Shown: one piece after another, positions 51,841 to 62,641 of the stretch | Numbering within the stretch: position 1 is the stretch's first letter | Layout of the letters: the number at the start of each line of letters is the position of its first letter | Source: an uncultured Verrucomicrobiae bacterium | GTDB taxonomy: Bacteria > Verrucomicrobiota > Verrucomicrobiia > Chthoniobacterales > JAFAMB01 | DNA length: 64,000 nt | Assembly: GCA_963782115.1 (NCBI GenBank) | Contig: CAWAIK010000001.1 | Span: forward strand, 851,500 to 915,499 | Direction of reading: 5' to 3' | Notes under the pieces: generated by a model | The model's input: the letters and a program-made list of their open reading frames with translations, nothing else | Databases searched by the model: none | What the model was told of the DNA's origin: nothing | Made by a program: the position numbers and the translations under genes

Positions 51841-52045
51841 TGCTGTTGAGAATAAGATATTTACGATTGGAGTAACGGCTTGGTGATAGCAGAAATGATA
51901 GCACATCCAATCACGTCCGCGGTGGTCTCTTAGACTTTTATCTGTACGGTGTGGTAGGGCACCTCAATCTTAGTAGACACGGACCAGGCCTGCTTACTCA
52001 TAGAGGCGGCCATCCGTTTGCAGCATGTGCAATGATACTTACTCC

Positions 52046-52402
52046 ATGGATTCGTTAGACACGACAGATCAGATATCTGTCGAGACCGTCAGGAAGTTGG
52101 CCAAGCAGAGCGGTTTAACGCTGGATTTACTAGCACGGATGCTAAGGATCTCCCGGCGAGCCGTCGCTGCTTGGCTGGGCGGCCAGGAACCGAGCCGTTC
52201 CAACAAAGTCAGACTAATTGAGTTTGGCAGGATGTATCAGGCCTTGAGCGAGCTAGTCCAGCCGTCTGCCATTGGTCCTTGGCTAGAGAAAAGCAACCCG
52301 TCCCTCCAAGGATCGACACCGCTTCATGTGATCGAAAGAGGAGAGAGCGACCGCATCTGGCGCATTGTCTGGCAGCTACGAGAAGGCAATGTCGGCGACT
52401 AG
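52046..52402 (+). CDS. Xre/MbcA/ParS-type antitoxin (HTH plus toxin-binding C-terminus)
   Basis: GLTLDLLARMLRISRRAVAAW HTH; WLEKSNPSLQGSTPLHVIERGE C-terminal motif. Confidence 0.8.
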   Translation: MDSLDTTDQISVETVRKLAKQSGLTLDLLARMLRISRRAVAAWLGGQEPSRSNKVRLIEFGRMYQALSELVQPSAIGPWLEKSNPSLQGSTPLHVIERGESDRIWRIVWQLREGNVGD

Positions 52403-54588
52403 CCGATGATCGAGCTGGTGGTCCATTCCTGCTGCTGTTGGTTCTGAACCGTCTCGTCGGCTAAAAGATAGAAGGCTGCCATTCGACAAATTCGACCTCG
52501 GCGTTTAGCGCCGCAACCAATTCGAGTACACGTGCGCCTTGAGCTGCTTTCTCTGCTGAAAAAAGCAGCAAAAAGAGCGCACCCTGCGCCAAAAACTGGT
52601 GAGCAAAAGTACCCCAGGGAGCCTAGATTTTAATACCCGAATTGCCCTGAGAAGGTTCGTTCTTGGCTAGCGCCAAACGCACCCATGGCGGATCAAGGAT
52701 CAGGCAATATATGCTGGAGTGAAGCCGGCAACTAACGCCGACGAATTAAGAGGAGCGGCGGCCGGCGTCGCAACTAGCTCACGCGAGATCGAACTATGAA
52801 ACGAAAGCCCCGAATCAGTCTTCCGATGAAGAAACCCGGCAAGGTCGACAAGCTCGAGCCGCAGTGGCGGTTTGCGATCGGGTATTTTCTACTGACTCTG
52901 CTGGTCATGTGGGTCTGGCAGGAATTGTTTACCCCGGTGCCCCTGCGCACCATTCCCTACAGCGAGTTCAAGAAATATCTGGCCCGGCACGAGGTGGCCG
53001 AAGCGGTCGTCAGACAGGACGAAATCGACGGCCGCGTCGTGCCACGAGCCGAGAGCCAATCGAAAAACGCGCCCGCTGAGCCGGGTGCTTCCGTTGCATC
53101 CAGGAACGGTATACAACAAGCGCCTACGGAAACGAACCCCTTTTTCTTCCGTACCGTGCGCGTCGAGGACTCTGACCTGGTGCGAGACCTTCAAAGCGCG
53201 GGTGTCGAGTACGGCGGAGTACGCCCCGGCATTATCTCTCAACTATTGTTTTCATGGGTGTTGCCGATTGCTTTCATGGCTGTCCTGTGGAGCTTCCTCG
53301 CGCGCCGGATAGGCGCTGCGGGCGAATCGCTTCTTTCGATCGGTAAGAGCCGCGCCCGGCTTGTTGCCGACCGCGACACCGGCGTCACTTTTGACGACGT
53401 GGCCGGCTGCGAGGAAGCCAAGCTCGAGCTGAAGGAAGTAGTGGATTTCCTCAAAGAACCGAAACAGTATCAGGAGATCGGCGCGCGCATTCCGAAGGGG
53501 GTGCTGCTTGTAGGGCCACCTGGCACCGGAAAGACGCTGCTCGCACGAGCGGTGGCGGGCGAAGCGAAAGTGCCATTCTTTTCAATCAGCGGGAGCGATT
53601 TCGTCGAGATGTTCGTGGGCGTGGGCGCCGCGCGCGTGCGAGATCTATTCCAGCAAGCCAAAGCGCATGCCCCCTGCATTATTTTCATCGACGAACTCGA
53701 CGCAATCGGCCGGCAGCGAGGGGTGACGGTGGGCACTGTGAACGACGAGCGCGAACAGACGCTCAACGCGCTGCTAGTGGAACTAGATGGCTTCGAACCT
53801 AATACCGGAGTCATCCTCCTTGCTGCTACGAATCGGCCTGAAGTTCTCGACCGCGCTCTGTTGCGTCCGGGTCGCTTCGACCGGCAAATTGTCGTGGACG
53901 CGCCCGACCTTGATGGCCGCGAAGCGATTCTCAAGGTGCATTCAAAAAACAAACGCCTCGCTCCTGATGTTGACCTGCGACGCATCGCCGCTGCCACCGC
54001 CGGTTTTGCGGGCGCCGATTTGGCGAACGTTCTGAACGAAGCTGCTTTGCTGGCTGCTCGCCGTCGGGTGACGGAAATTACCCAGCGTGACCTTGAAGAA
54101 GCAATCGAGAAAGTCGTTGCCGGTCCTGAACGCAAGACTCGTCGTCTGAACGACGAGGAAAAGCGCCGCGTTGCCTATCATGAAACCGGCCACGCGCTGG
54201 TTGCCGCGCACAGTCAGCACGCTGACCCTGTCCACAAGATCAGCATTGTGCCGCGTGGCCGGGCTGCGCTTGGTTACACCATGCAACTACCGGGTGAAGA
54301 CCAGTACCTGCTCACGCGCGGTGCGCTCATGGACCGCATCCGCGGCATGCTGGGTGGTCGTGCGGCCGAGGAGGTTGTGTTCGGCGAGGTCAGTACCGGC
54401 GCGCAGAACGATCTTGAACGGGCCACCGCACTTGCGCGCCAGATGGTCGCGATGTACGGAATGAGCGAGCGCCTGGGCCTGGCCCATTGCGCTCAGCGTC
54501 AGCCGACCTTCCTCAACGGGCAGGAGTTCCAAATTCAGCGAGATTGCAGCGAGCAGACGGCTCGCGAAATGGATGAGGAAGTCAAGCA

Positions 54589-57193
54589 CAGACCTCACTA
54601 AATTCCGGTCTGAGCGTAAAAATCAGACGCAGATTTAATTCCTGGAAAACTGGCTTCACAGCGCCCCCGGACGGTGGTTCGAGGGAGGCGCCGGAAGCTT
54701 CAATCACTCCTGGCGATGGAGAGCCGCAGCTCGCTGCGGCTGGCCAGACGCAACCTGAATCGTCGCCCGCTGCCGTCGGGGAACACCGGTTCTTTGGCAT
54801 TGAGTTCTGCCAACAGCTTGGTGATGATTCGCCGCACTCGTGGAGGGTAGTTTACCCGCGGCATCAGATGCACCACGATCTGCTCTGCTGCGACTTCCAA
54901 TACCCCGCTGCACTGCGTCAACTGTCGGAACTGATCATGATCGTCGCGGTAATTGTTATAGGCCTTCTTGAAAGGTCCCAGCGCCGCGTAGAACACGTTG
55001 CGGGCGATCACTCGAAAGTTGTCCATCAAGCGCTTCTTGTCCGGATCCAGCCGGACCATCTGCTCCTCGATCAGACGTTCCAGGCGTGACTCGGTCTTTT
55101 GCACCGTCTCGGCCCTAACTTCCAATTCGGCCAGTTCCCGGCTTAGAGCCTCAATCTGTTGCTGGCGCTCCGGCTTGTCGCTTTGCCAGCGGATTTGCGC
55201 CTTGCGCAAGCGACTCAATTCCTTATTGGTCTGATCGGCAACAGGCCCCTGTTCGAGTTCTTCTATGCGTTTGTGGCGCAGTGTGGCTGCGTGCTCGCTG
55301 CGGGCCTGGAGCAATAACAGCCGCCCTTGCCCAGCCCGAAGCTGGCGGCGTTGCTCCCCTAGGGCTTTGGCTTCAGCGCTGCGCACCTGTCGATCCTCTA
55401 CATGCTCGGCTAACTCCTCGTAGCCGACGACTCCGTAGCTGGTGATCTGGTTGATGCCAAAATGCTTGTCCAGATACTTGAAATCGTTCTCCTGGACCCA
55501 GCGGCAGAATATCAACCGGAGAATCTCGCTTGGCTCGCGCTGGATGTCGTCGGTCAAAACCGCCACTTGAATTGAGTGGCCACTGGGGTTGGTCGCTTGC
55601 ACCACGATCTGGCGCAGCCTCTCGTCTTTGGGCCAGCGCCGGTCCCAATATTGCAGATGATAAGAACGGATGTCATCGGCGCGATTACGCGTCCTCTCGA
55701 TCACCATCGAGCCGCTCACTCCCTCTGCGGGCGGCCAACTCTGCGCCTGATAACCTTTCTCCCAGGTGATCAGATGCATCCTCTCATCGCAGAGCACCTT
55801 CTCGAAGACTTCCTGCCCGAAAATACCTCGGTCTGCTACCCAGCTCATCGCCCGCTCCTGGGGCCACTCCAACACTTGGCGACAACGCTCCACGAGCTCG
55901 AAAAAGCGCTGACGCAGATCGGAAAAGTTATCGCTCGTCTCAAAGTAAAGCGGTTCTCCGGCTGCCGTGTGGATAAAATCGCTGTGCATCGCCTTGTCCG
56001 CTCCCCGAATAGCCGGACACCATCCTTGGAGCACATTCTCCTGGCCGGTGTACTGCTTGGTATGCGGATCGAAGTAGAAGTCGCTCTGCTCGCCGGCTCC
56101 CAAGCACCGGGCATTGAAGCAGGCCAGCCTTTGAAAGCTCGCCTGCGTCGCCAGCCGTTCCAATTCCTGGCGCTGGGGGTGCGGAAAGCGCACCACCGAG
56201 CCCAAGAGCTGCGCCATGTCTTGCCAGTTCAGGAACTTGGTCTGTTCGATATTGAGCGCGCCCAACAGCAAACTGGCCAGCCATTGTGTGAAGCGTGCCT
56301 CCGGCGGATCGAGCACCTGCGCGATGGCCAGCAAGCTCGGCGCAAAGACCAGCACCCCAGCGTGATCACACCACACCGTCTGCGGCGCTGCTTGCAGTGC
56401 CGGACAACAACCGCAAGTAATCTCCTCGCTTTGCGAGCTAACCCTTTGATTTTCAGGAGCATTTTGCCCAGACTGCTGGAGACCGTCTGCGGTTGTTGGC
56501 TCGGCCCCAGACTCCTTTGGCGACCCAGTCGCTGCTTGCTCGGCTCCGTGGGTGCCTACCACAGGCTGGCGCTTTAACTGCCCGATCAAAGGCCGCAGCG
56601 TTTCTTGGCAAAGCTTCACCGCGAAGACCGACTCAATTTCTTCGCGCAGCCGTTTACCAATCCCGTAGGTTTCCGAGCGGCTCAAATCCGCCCACCGTGC
56701 TCGCACGTAGGCCTCAATCTGCGGCGTCAGCTTGCGCCCGGCCCGACGTCCAGCCAGCACTCGCACCAATTCTTCGCCATCACGGTTGCGTAGCGCTGCT
56801 GCCCAGCGTTGAATGGTTTTTAGATCGACCCTGAAGGTCTCTTGCAGAACCCTCCGGCTCAATCCGGCGTTGTACAGTCGGCCCACCAGCATCTTGAAGC
56901 TCGGTGCGTTCCGGTCCGCTGGCACCACCTCCAGCAATTCCAAACCGTAGTAAACGTGCAGTTGCTCCTCGCCGTCATCTTCCTCCCATTCATACACCGT
57001 GAAGAGCGCATTGCGTTTGTCGGTCCCCAGAATCAGTTGGCCAGTGGCGATCATAAGTCTCCATTGGACATCTCATCGCCAGGCCGACGCCAGCACAACC
57101 TGCCGCTTAATGGTGCCATCGCACCGATCAAATTTGCACGGAATTAGACCTGCGCTTCCCTGTTGCCCGAAAACCCGCTTTTAGTGAGGTCTG
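54589..57193 (-). mobile_element. Insertion sequence, 2605 bp, 14-bp perfect TIRs, 6-bp TSD CAAGCA
   Basis: CAGACCTCACTAAA (54589-54602) and TTTAGTGAGGTCTG (57180-57193); CAAGCA at 54583-54588 and 57194-57199. Confidence 0.96.
54700..57054 (-). CDS. Large putative DDE transposase (784 aa)
   Basis: N-terminal HTH (VDLKTIQRW); FYFDPH, VADRG, RWVQENDFK as candidate D-D-E; sole convincing ORF within the TIRs. Confidence 0.88.
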   Translation of the reverse strand: MIATGQLILGTDKRNALFTVYEWEEDDGEEQLHVYYGLELLEVVPADRNAPSFKMLVGRLYNAGLSRRVLQETFRVDLKTIQRWAAALRNRDGEELVRVLAGRRAGRKLTPQIEAYVRARWADLSRSETYGIGKRLREEIESVFAVKLCQETLRPLIGQLKRQPVVGTHGAEQAATGSPKESGAEPTTADGLQQSGQNAPENQRVSSQSEEITCGCCPALQAAPQTVWCDHAGVLVFAPSLLAIAQVLDPPEARFTQWLASLLLGALNIEQTKFLNWQDMAQLLGSVVRFPHPQRQELERLATQASFQRLACFNARCLGAGEQSDFYFDPHTKQYTGQENVLQGWCPAIRGADKAMHSDFIHTAAGEPLYFETSDNFSDLRQRFFELVERCRQVLEWPQERAMSWVADRGIFGQEVFEKVLCDERMHLITWEKGYQAQSWPPAEGVSGSMVIERTRNRADDIRSYHLQYWDRRWPKDERLRQIVVQATNPSGHSIQVAVLTDDIQREPSEILRLIFCRWVQENDFKYLDKHFGINQITSYGVVGYEELAEHVEDRQVRSAEAKALGEQRRQLRAGQGRLLLLQARSEHAATLRHKRIEELEQGPVADQTNKELSRLRKAQIRWQSDKPERQQQIEALSRELAELEVRAETVQKTESRLERLIEEQMVRLDPDKKRLMDNFRVIARNVFYAALGPFKKAYNNYRDDHDQFRQLTQCSGVLEVAAEQIVVHLMPRVNYPPRVRRIITKLLAELNAKEPVFPDGSGRRFRLRLASRSELRLSIARSD

Positions 57194-57449
57194 CAAGCAA
57201 CTGCTCGGCCTGGCTTACGACCAGGCCAAGGAGACTTTGGTTTCGCATCGCGACCAGCTCGAACTCGTCGCCGCCGAGTTACTCAAATCCGAGACCATTG
57301 ATGGTCCAACGTTTTACAGGCTTGTTAGCCAGGAAATGCCCTCCCTCAAAGATCCCGGACGGCTGGCTGCTGCCGCGGCCATGCAATCAAAAGAAAAGTC
57401 GAAACTCGTCGGTCACGCGATGTGAGATCGCCGACTTGTTGAACAGTTT

Positions 57450-60092
57450 ATGGACCTGAACAAATTCACGGAAAAATCCCAGGCCGCGCTGACGGAGGCG
57501 CAGGCCATTGGCACACGTCACCAGCATCAGGCCGTAGATGTCGAACATCTCGCCTTGGCTCTGCTGGAACAGGAAGAGGGTCTCGTACCGCGCCTTTTGG
57601 AAAAGGCCGGCGTGTCGCCCGATCTGGTGAAAGAAAAACTTCAGGAGGCGCTGGATCGCATTCCGCGCGTCTCCGGCGATACAATGACAGGCCGAGGGCT
57701 TTATGTCACCCAGCGCCTCAATAAGCTGCTCGTTGCTGCCCAGGACGAAGCCAAAAAACTCAAGGACGATTATGTCAGCGTCGAACACCTTGTGCTGGCC
57801 ATGTTCTCCGAACCGGCCACCACCGATATCGGGAAAATTTTCAAGACGTTCGACCTCCGGCGTGAGAAATTCTTGCCGGCACTGACCGAGGTCCGTGGCA
57901 ATCAGCGCGTAACGAGCGCGAATCCCGAAGCCACCTACGAAGCGCTCGAAAAGTACGGACGCGACCTGACCCGGTTGGCCGCGCAGAACAAGCTTGATCC
58001 GGTTATCGGCCGGGACGCGGAAATCCGGCGTTGTATCCAGGTGCTCTCACGCCGCACCAAAAACAACCCCGTGCTGATCGGCGAGCCTGGTGTGGGTAAG
58101 ACTGCGATTGTCGAGGGCTTGGCCAGACGCATCGTATCCGGCGATGTGCCCGAAAGCCTCAAAGAGAAGCGCATCGTGGCGCTCGATCTCGGGGCGCTCA
58201 TCGCGGGAGCGAAATATCGGGGCGAATTCGAAGAGCGGCTCAAGGCCGTGCTGCAGGAGGTCACCAACGCACAGGGTCAGATCATCTTATTCGTAGACGA
58301 ACTCCACACGATGGTTGGCGCCGGCAAGGCGGAAGGCTCAATGGACGCGGGCAACATGCTCAAACCGATGCTCGCTCGGGGTGAACTTCACTGCATCGGC
58401 GCCACCACATTGGACGAATACCGCAAATACGTCGAGAAAGATGCTGCTTTGGAGCGCCGTTTTCAGCCGGTGATGGTCGACGAGCCAAGCGTCGAAGATA
58501 CGGTCTCCATCCTGCGCGGTCTGCGCGAGCGTTACGAGTTGCATCACGGCGTTCGCATCCAGGACGGGGCGCTGGTGGCGGCCGCTCAGCTCTCGCATCG
58601 CTACATCTCGGACCGCTTTCTGCCGGATAAGGCCATCGACCTGATTGACGAAGCCGCGGCCAAGCTGCGCACAGAAATGGAGTCTATGCCGGAGGAGCTT
58701 GAATCACTCGAGCGCCGTATTCTCCAGCTCGAAATTGAACGCGAGGCTTTGCGCAAGGAAAAGGACCAGGCTTCAAAGGAACGCCTGGTCGGGCTGGAAA
58801 AAGAGCTGGCCAATCTCAAGAGCGACCGAGACGCGCTCAAAGCGCAGTGGGAAGGCGAAAAGCACGCCATCGACGACATCCAGAAACTTCGCACCGCCCT
58901 TGAATTGGCCCGCACCGAAATGGAACAGGCCCAACGCAGAGGTGACCTGACGCGAGTCGCCGAATACAAGTACGGGAAGATCCCGCAGCTGGAGCAGCAA
59001 CTCAAGGAGCACGAAGCCAAGGTCAGCGGTGATGGCACAAAGCGGCGTCTGCTGCAGGAGGAAGTCACAGCGGACGAAGTCGCCGAGGTAGTCTCCCGTT
59101 GGACCGGAATTCCCGTGTCGCGCCTGCTGGAAGGCGAAAAGGAGAAACTGCTTCGGCTGGACCAGATTCTCCACGAACGCGTTGTGGGACAGGATGAAGC
59201 CGTCCAGGCAGTGGCCGATGCCGTCATTCGTGCCCGTTCCGGTCTCAAAGATCCTAAGCGCCCGATTGGTTCGTTCATTTTCCTCGGACCAACCGGTGTG
59301 GGCAAGACCGAGTTGGCCCGCGCACTAGCCGAAAGCTTGTTCGATAGCGAGGAGAATATTGTGCGCATCGACATGAGCGAATACATGGAGAAGCACGCAG
59401 TAGCCCGGCTGATCGGCGCGCCGCCCGGTTACATTGGCTACGAGGAGGGGGGCCAACTGACCGAATCAGTCCGCCGCAAGCCCTACTGTGTTGTGCTCTT
59501 CGACGAAATCGAAAAGGCGCACAACGACGTCTTTAATGTGTTGCTGCAAATTCTAGATGATGGGCGGCTCACTGATAGTCACGGTCGCACGGTGGATTTC
59601 AAGAATACCATCATCATCATGACCTCGAACATTGGCAGTCCCCATCTCATCGAAAACGCGAGCGAACGGGGCGAAATCGAAGAGCACGTTCGCAGCAAGG
59701 TGATGGGCGAATTGCGGATCCACTTCCGGCCTGAGTTCCTTAATCGAGTGGATGAAATTGTGCTGTTCAAGCCGCTTACTCTCTCTGAGATCAAACGAAT
59801 CATCGACCTCCAGCTCAAATTGCTGCGGGTCCGGTTAAGCGAACGGCATCTCGACCTGGAATTAAGAGAAGCAGCGAAGGAGTACATCGCCCGCGAAGGG
59901 TATGACCCGGTCTACGGCGCCAGGCCGCTGAAGCGGTTTCTGCAGCGCCATCTGGAGACCGCGTTGTCACGACAAATCCTGGCCGGCACGATTCCGGAAA
60001 ACAGCCTCGTCACGGTTAGTTTCAAGAAGGGCCAACTCACATTCGAGTCAGTGCCGCTTTCGAAAGATGAGGGCGTGGAAGGTGGAAGGTGA
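57450..60092 (+). CDS. clpB: Chaperone/disaggregase ClpB
   Basis: Clp N repeats, GEPGVGKT, long M-domain coiled coil, [26 protein letters not shown]. Confidence 0.97.
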   Translation: MDLNKFTEKSQAALTEAQAIGTRHQHQAVDVEHLALALLEQEEGLVPRLLEKAGVSPDLVKEKLQEALDRIPRVSGDTMTGRGLYVTQRLNKLLVAAQDEAKKLKDDYVSVEHLVLAMFSEPATTDIGKIFKTFDLRREKFLPALTEVRGNQRVTSANPEATYEALEKYGRDLTRLAAQNKLDPVIGRDAEIRRCIQVLSRRTKNNPVLIGEPGVGKTAIVEGLARRIVSGDVPESLKEKRIVALDLGALIAGAKYRGEFEERLKAVLQEVTNAQGQIILFVDELHTMVGAGKAEGSMDAGNMLKPMLARGELHCIGATTLDEYRKYVEKDAALERRFQPVMVDEPSVEDTVSILRGLRERYELHHGVRIQDGALVAAAQLSHRYISDRFLPDKAIDLIDEAAAKLRTEMESMPEELESLERRILQLEIEREALRKEKDQASKERLVGLEKELANLKSDRDALKAQWEGEKHAIDDIQKLRTALELARTEMEQAQRRGDLTRVAEYKYGKIPQLEQQLKEHEAKVSGDGTKRRLLQEEVTADEVAEVVSRWTGIPVSRLLEGEKEKLLRLDQILHERVVGQDEAVQAVADAVIRARSGLKDPKRPIGSFIFLGPTGVGKTELARALAESLFDSEENIVRIDMSEYMEKHAVARLIGAPPGYIGYEEGGQLTESVRRKPYCVVLFDEIEKAHNDVFNVLLQILDDGRLTDSHGRTVDFKNTIIIMTSNIGSPHLIENASERGEIEEHVRSKVMGELRIHFRPEFLNRVDEIVLFKPLTLSEIKRIIDLQLKLLRVRLSERHLDLELREAAKEYIAREGYDPVYGARPLKRFLQRHLETALSRQILAGTIPENSLVTVSFKKGQLTFESVPLSKDEGVEGGR

Positions 60093-60109
60093 GAGGTGAG
60101 AGGTGAAAG
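60075..60109. repeat. GTG(G/A)RAG heptamer tandem repeat spanning the clpB stop codon
   Basis: gtggaag gtggaag gtgagag gtgagag gtgaaag. Confidence 0.7.
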
Positions 60110-60156
60110 CGAAGCAGACCTGTCAATGATTTAAAACCGTGCGGGAGCACGGCACC

Positions 60157-61140
60157 ATGCCCGTCGAATTCAAAGATTACTACCAAATCCTCGGCGTTCC
60201 GCGCGACGCCAGCGATGAGGAGATCAAAAAAGCCTTTCGCAAACTGGCCCGCCGATACCACCCGGACGTGGCCAAAGACAAGAAAGCTGCGGAAGAAAAA
60301 TTCAAGGAAATTAACGAAGCGCACGAAGTCCTGGGCGATCCGGAGAATCGTCGGAAATATGACGAGCTTGGTGCGAGGTGGAGGGAAGGGGTCCAACCTC
60401 CACCGGGCTGGGACGGTCAGGCTGGACGTAGTCCGGGCGGCGAGGAGACATTCGAGTTCCGGTTCGACGGCACCGGCTTCAGCGATTTCTTTGAACAATT
60501 TTTCGGTCGCGGCGGACGCTTTGGTGGTTTTGGAGGCTTCGGCCGCCCGGAAACCGAGTCGTCCGGGGGAACCGCATTTGCTCGCCGCGGCCGGGATATC
60601 GAAAGCGATATCCTGGTTACGCTTGAAGAGGTGCTGAAGGGCTCGGAGCGTACTGTTTCCCTGCAACGGACCAACCCGCGAACTGGCCAAACCACGACAC
60701 AGACTTTGAAGGTCCGTATTCCAGCGGGGGTGCGCGAAGGTCAGGCCATACGGGTTGCGGGTATGGGTGAAGAGGGAATTGGTCAGGGCGGGTCGGGCGA
60801 CCTTTACCTGCGTGTACGCCTGGCGGCTCATCCTGATTTTCAGGTACGTGGCGCCGATTTGTATTACACCCTCGACGTAGCGCCCTGGGAAGCTGTGCTG
60901 GGGACAAAAGTGATTGTGCCTACCCTCAAAGGCCGCGTGTCGGTTCGTATCCCGCCCGGCACAAACAACGGTCAACAGTTGCGTTTGCGCGGGCACGGTC
61001 TACCAACAGGCCAGCTCGGCCAAAACGGGGACCTCTATGTCGTCATTAATGTGCAGATCCCGGAGCAGATTACAGACAAAGAACGCGACCTTTGGAAAGA
61101 ACTCAGCCGCGTTTCCAAATTTAATCCCAGGACAAATTAA
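60157..61140 (+). CDS. cbpA: Class B J-domain protein (CbpA/DnaJ-like, no zinc finger)
   Basis: KDYYQILGV, HPD, G/F region FSDFFEQFFG, GDLY, APWEAVLG. Confidence 0.88.
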   Translation: MPVEFKDYYQILGVPRDASDEEIKKAFRKLARRYHPDVAKDKKAAEEKFKEINEAHEVLGDPENRRKYDELGARWREGVQPPPGWDGQAGRSPGGEETFEFRFDGTGFSDFFEQFFGRGGRFGGFGGFGRPETESSGGTAFARRGRDIESDILVTLEEVLKGSERTVSLQRTNPRTGQTTTQTLKVRIPAGVREGQAIRVAGMGEEGIGQGGSGDLYLRVRLAAHPDFQVRGADLYYTLDVAPWEAVLGTKVIVPTLKGRVSVRIPPGTNNGQQLRLRGHGLPTGQLGQNGDLYVVINVQIPEQITDKERDLWKELSRVSKFNPRTN

Positions 61141-61173
61141 CAAACGACAACAAACCGTCATTTCGAGGAAAAG

Positions 61174-61512
61174 ATGAAAATGTTCGGCAATTCGGTTGAA
61201 ACGCCTATGACCACGCTGCAACTCTTCGAACCCGATGCACGCGCCGTGTACACACTTGAGGCGGCAGCGAGCCTGACCCAGTTACCCCGGCGCCTCATCG
61301 CAGTTTATTTCAGACACGGACTTGTGTCGCCGGTGATGGATCCCGCGTGCAGTGGCTGGTATTTTAATGATGAGGCCATACGCATTCTGCGCCGCATTGA
61401 ATATCTGCGGACCGCTTGCGGTCTCAACATTGTCGGCATCAAACTCATTATGGACCTGGCAAGGGAGGTGGAGCGACTGCGAGAAGAGCTCAACTTTCGC
61501 AGACGGAAGTAG
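61174..61512 (+). CDS. MerR-like chaperone modulator (CbpM/HspR-like)
   Basis: YTLEAAA..GLVSP..LRRIEYLR..GLNIVGIKLIMDL.REVERL; follows cbpA. Confidence 0.8.
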   Translation: MKMFGNSVETPMTTLQLFEPDARAVYTLEAAASLTQLPRRLIAVYFRHGLVSPVMDPACSGWYFNDEAIRILRRIEYLRTACGLNIVGIKLIMDLAREVERLREELNFRRRK

Positions 61513-61630
61513 ATTCATGGACGCGGACATCGTCGCGTAGGCTCCAGCCTGTTCTGTTCCGCGTCCTCGCCGAGCGCCCAACAAGCAGGATGCTTCTGCT
61601 ACTTTGCCAGCACACTAATAATCACCAGTT

Positions 61631-62540
61631 ATGCGCAACTTGGCGAAGCACCTCCCTGATTCCTCCGGCTTTGACCTGAAACATATTCTCGTCGAGCCAG
61701 GTAAGCCGATTTCGTTAAAGAAAGATTTCGACCCGGCGTACAGCGGGAATTTTAAAGATAAAGAGGAGACTCTGACAGAACTCAGGCTGAATATTGAACA
61801 GCTGGCCTGCCAACAAGATATTCTTTACGCGAATGACACGTACGCCTTGCTTGTGGTCCTTCAAGCCCTGGATGCCGCTGGCAAAGACAGTACGATCAAG
61901 CACGTGATGTCGGGCGTAAATCCTCAAGGATGCGAGGTGCACAGTTTTAAGGCACCTTCCCAAGAAGAACTTGATCACGACTATCTGTGGCGCGCAGCCA
62001 AACGCCTACCGCGACGCGGAAGCGATCGGCATCTTCAATCGGTCCTATTACGAGGAGGTCTTAGTTGTTCGGGTCCATCCTGAAATCCTGGCGAAACAGC
62101 ATCTACCTCCGCGCGGAAAAGACCAATCGATTTGGAAACATCGATTCGAAGAGATCAATTGTTTTGAGAGGTACTTGGTGGACAACGGCATCATCGTCTT
62201 GAAGTTATTTTTGAACGTTTCGAAGAAGGAACAGAAAGTGCGCTTCCTCAAACGGATCGAGGAAAAAGAGAAAAACTGGAAGTTTTCGAGCGCCGACGTC
62301 CTGGAACGGCGACATTGGGCGGAGTACATGGCGGCATACGAAGATATGCTCACTCACACCAGCACCGATTGGGCGCCCTGGTTCGTTGTGCCCGCCGATC
62401 ACAAATGGTTCACGCGCCTTTGTGTCTCCGAGATTGTCGTCGCTACGCTAAAGTCTCTTGGCTTGAAATATCCAAAGATCGGCGATGAACAACTGGCCGA
62501 GCTGCAAAAAGCAAAAGAGGAGTTGCTCAACGAAAAATAA
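61631..62540 (+). pseudogene. ppk2: Polyphosphate kinase 2 family protein with a single-base frameshift near 62020
   Basis: LQALDAAGKD, SFKAPS.EELDHDYLWR in one frame; IGIFNRSYYE, WKFS..D..ER, APWFVVPADHKW in the next frame. Confidence 0.88.
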
Positions 62541-62641
62541 AGGCTCTTCATGACTCGCCAATTCGCCGAACAGCGCAAATTGGGAAAAGGCTTGGCCAAG
62601 ATTGGCGGAGCGACGTTGGCGCTTTCGCCTATCCTTGACTG

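Larger units (their letters stand above)
52796..57425 (+). pseudogene. ftsH: ATP-dependent zinc metalloprotease FtsH interrupted by an IS (5' part 52796-54588, 3' part 57200-57425)
   Basis: [24 protein letters not shown]; removing the IS plus one TSD restores EVKQLLGLAYDQAKETL...ETIDG..GHAM*. Confidence 0.95.

Noticed and set aside
51905..52024. Integrase remnant after the tRNA
   Set aside because: No tyrosine-recombinase motif found in the frames I read.
52403..52795. CIRCE or HAIR heat-shock operator upstream of ftsH-clpB
   Set aside because: No TTAGCACTC-N9-GAGTGCTAA or CTTGAGT-N7-ACTCAAG match seen.
55576..56577. 333-aa + strand ORF inside the IS
   Set aside because: Antisense shadow of the transposase; no recognisable motifs.
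60037..60996. 319-aa - strand ORF
   Set aside because: Antisense to cbpA; such shadows are common in GC-rich chaperone genes.
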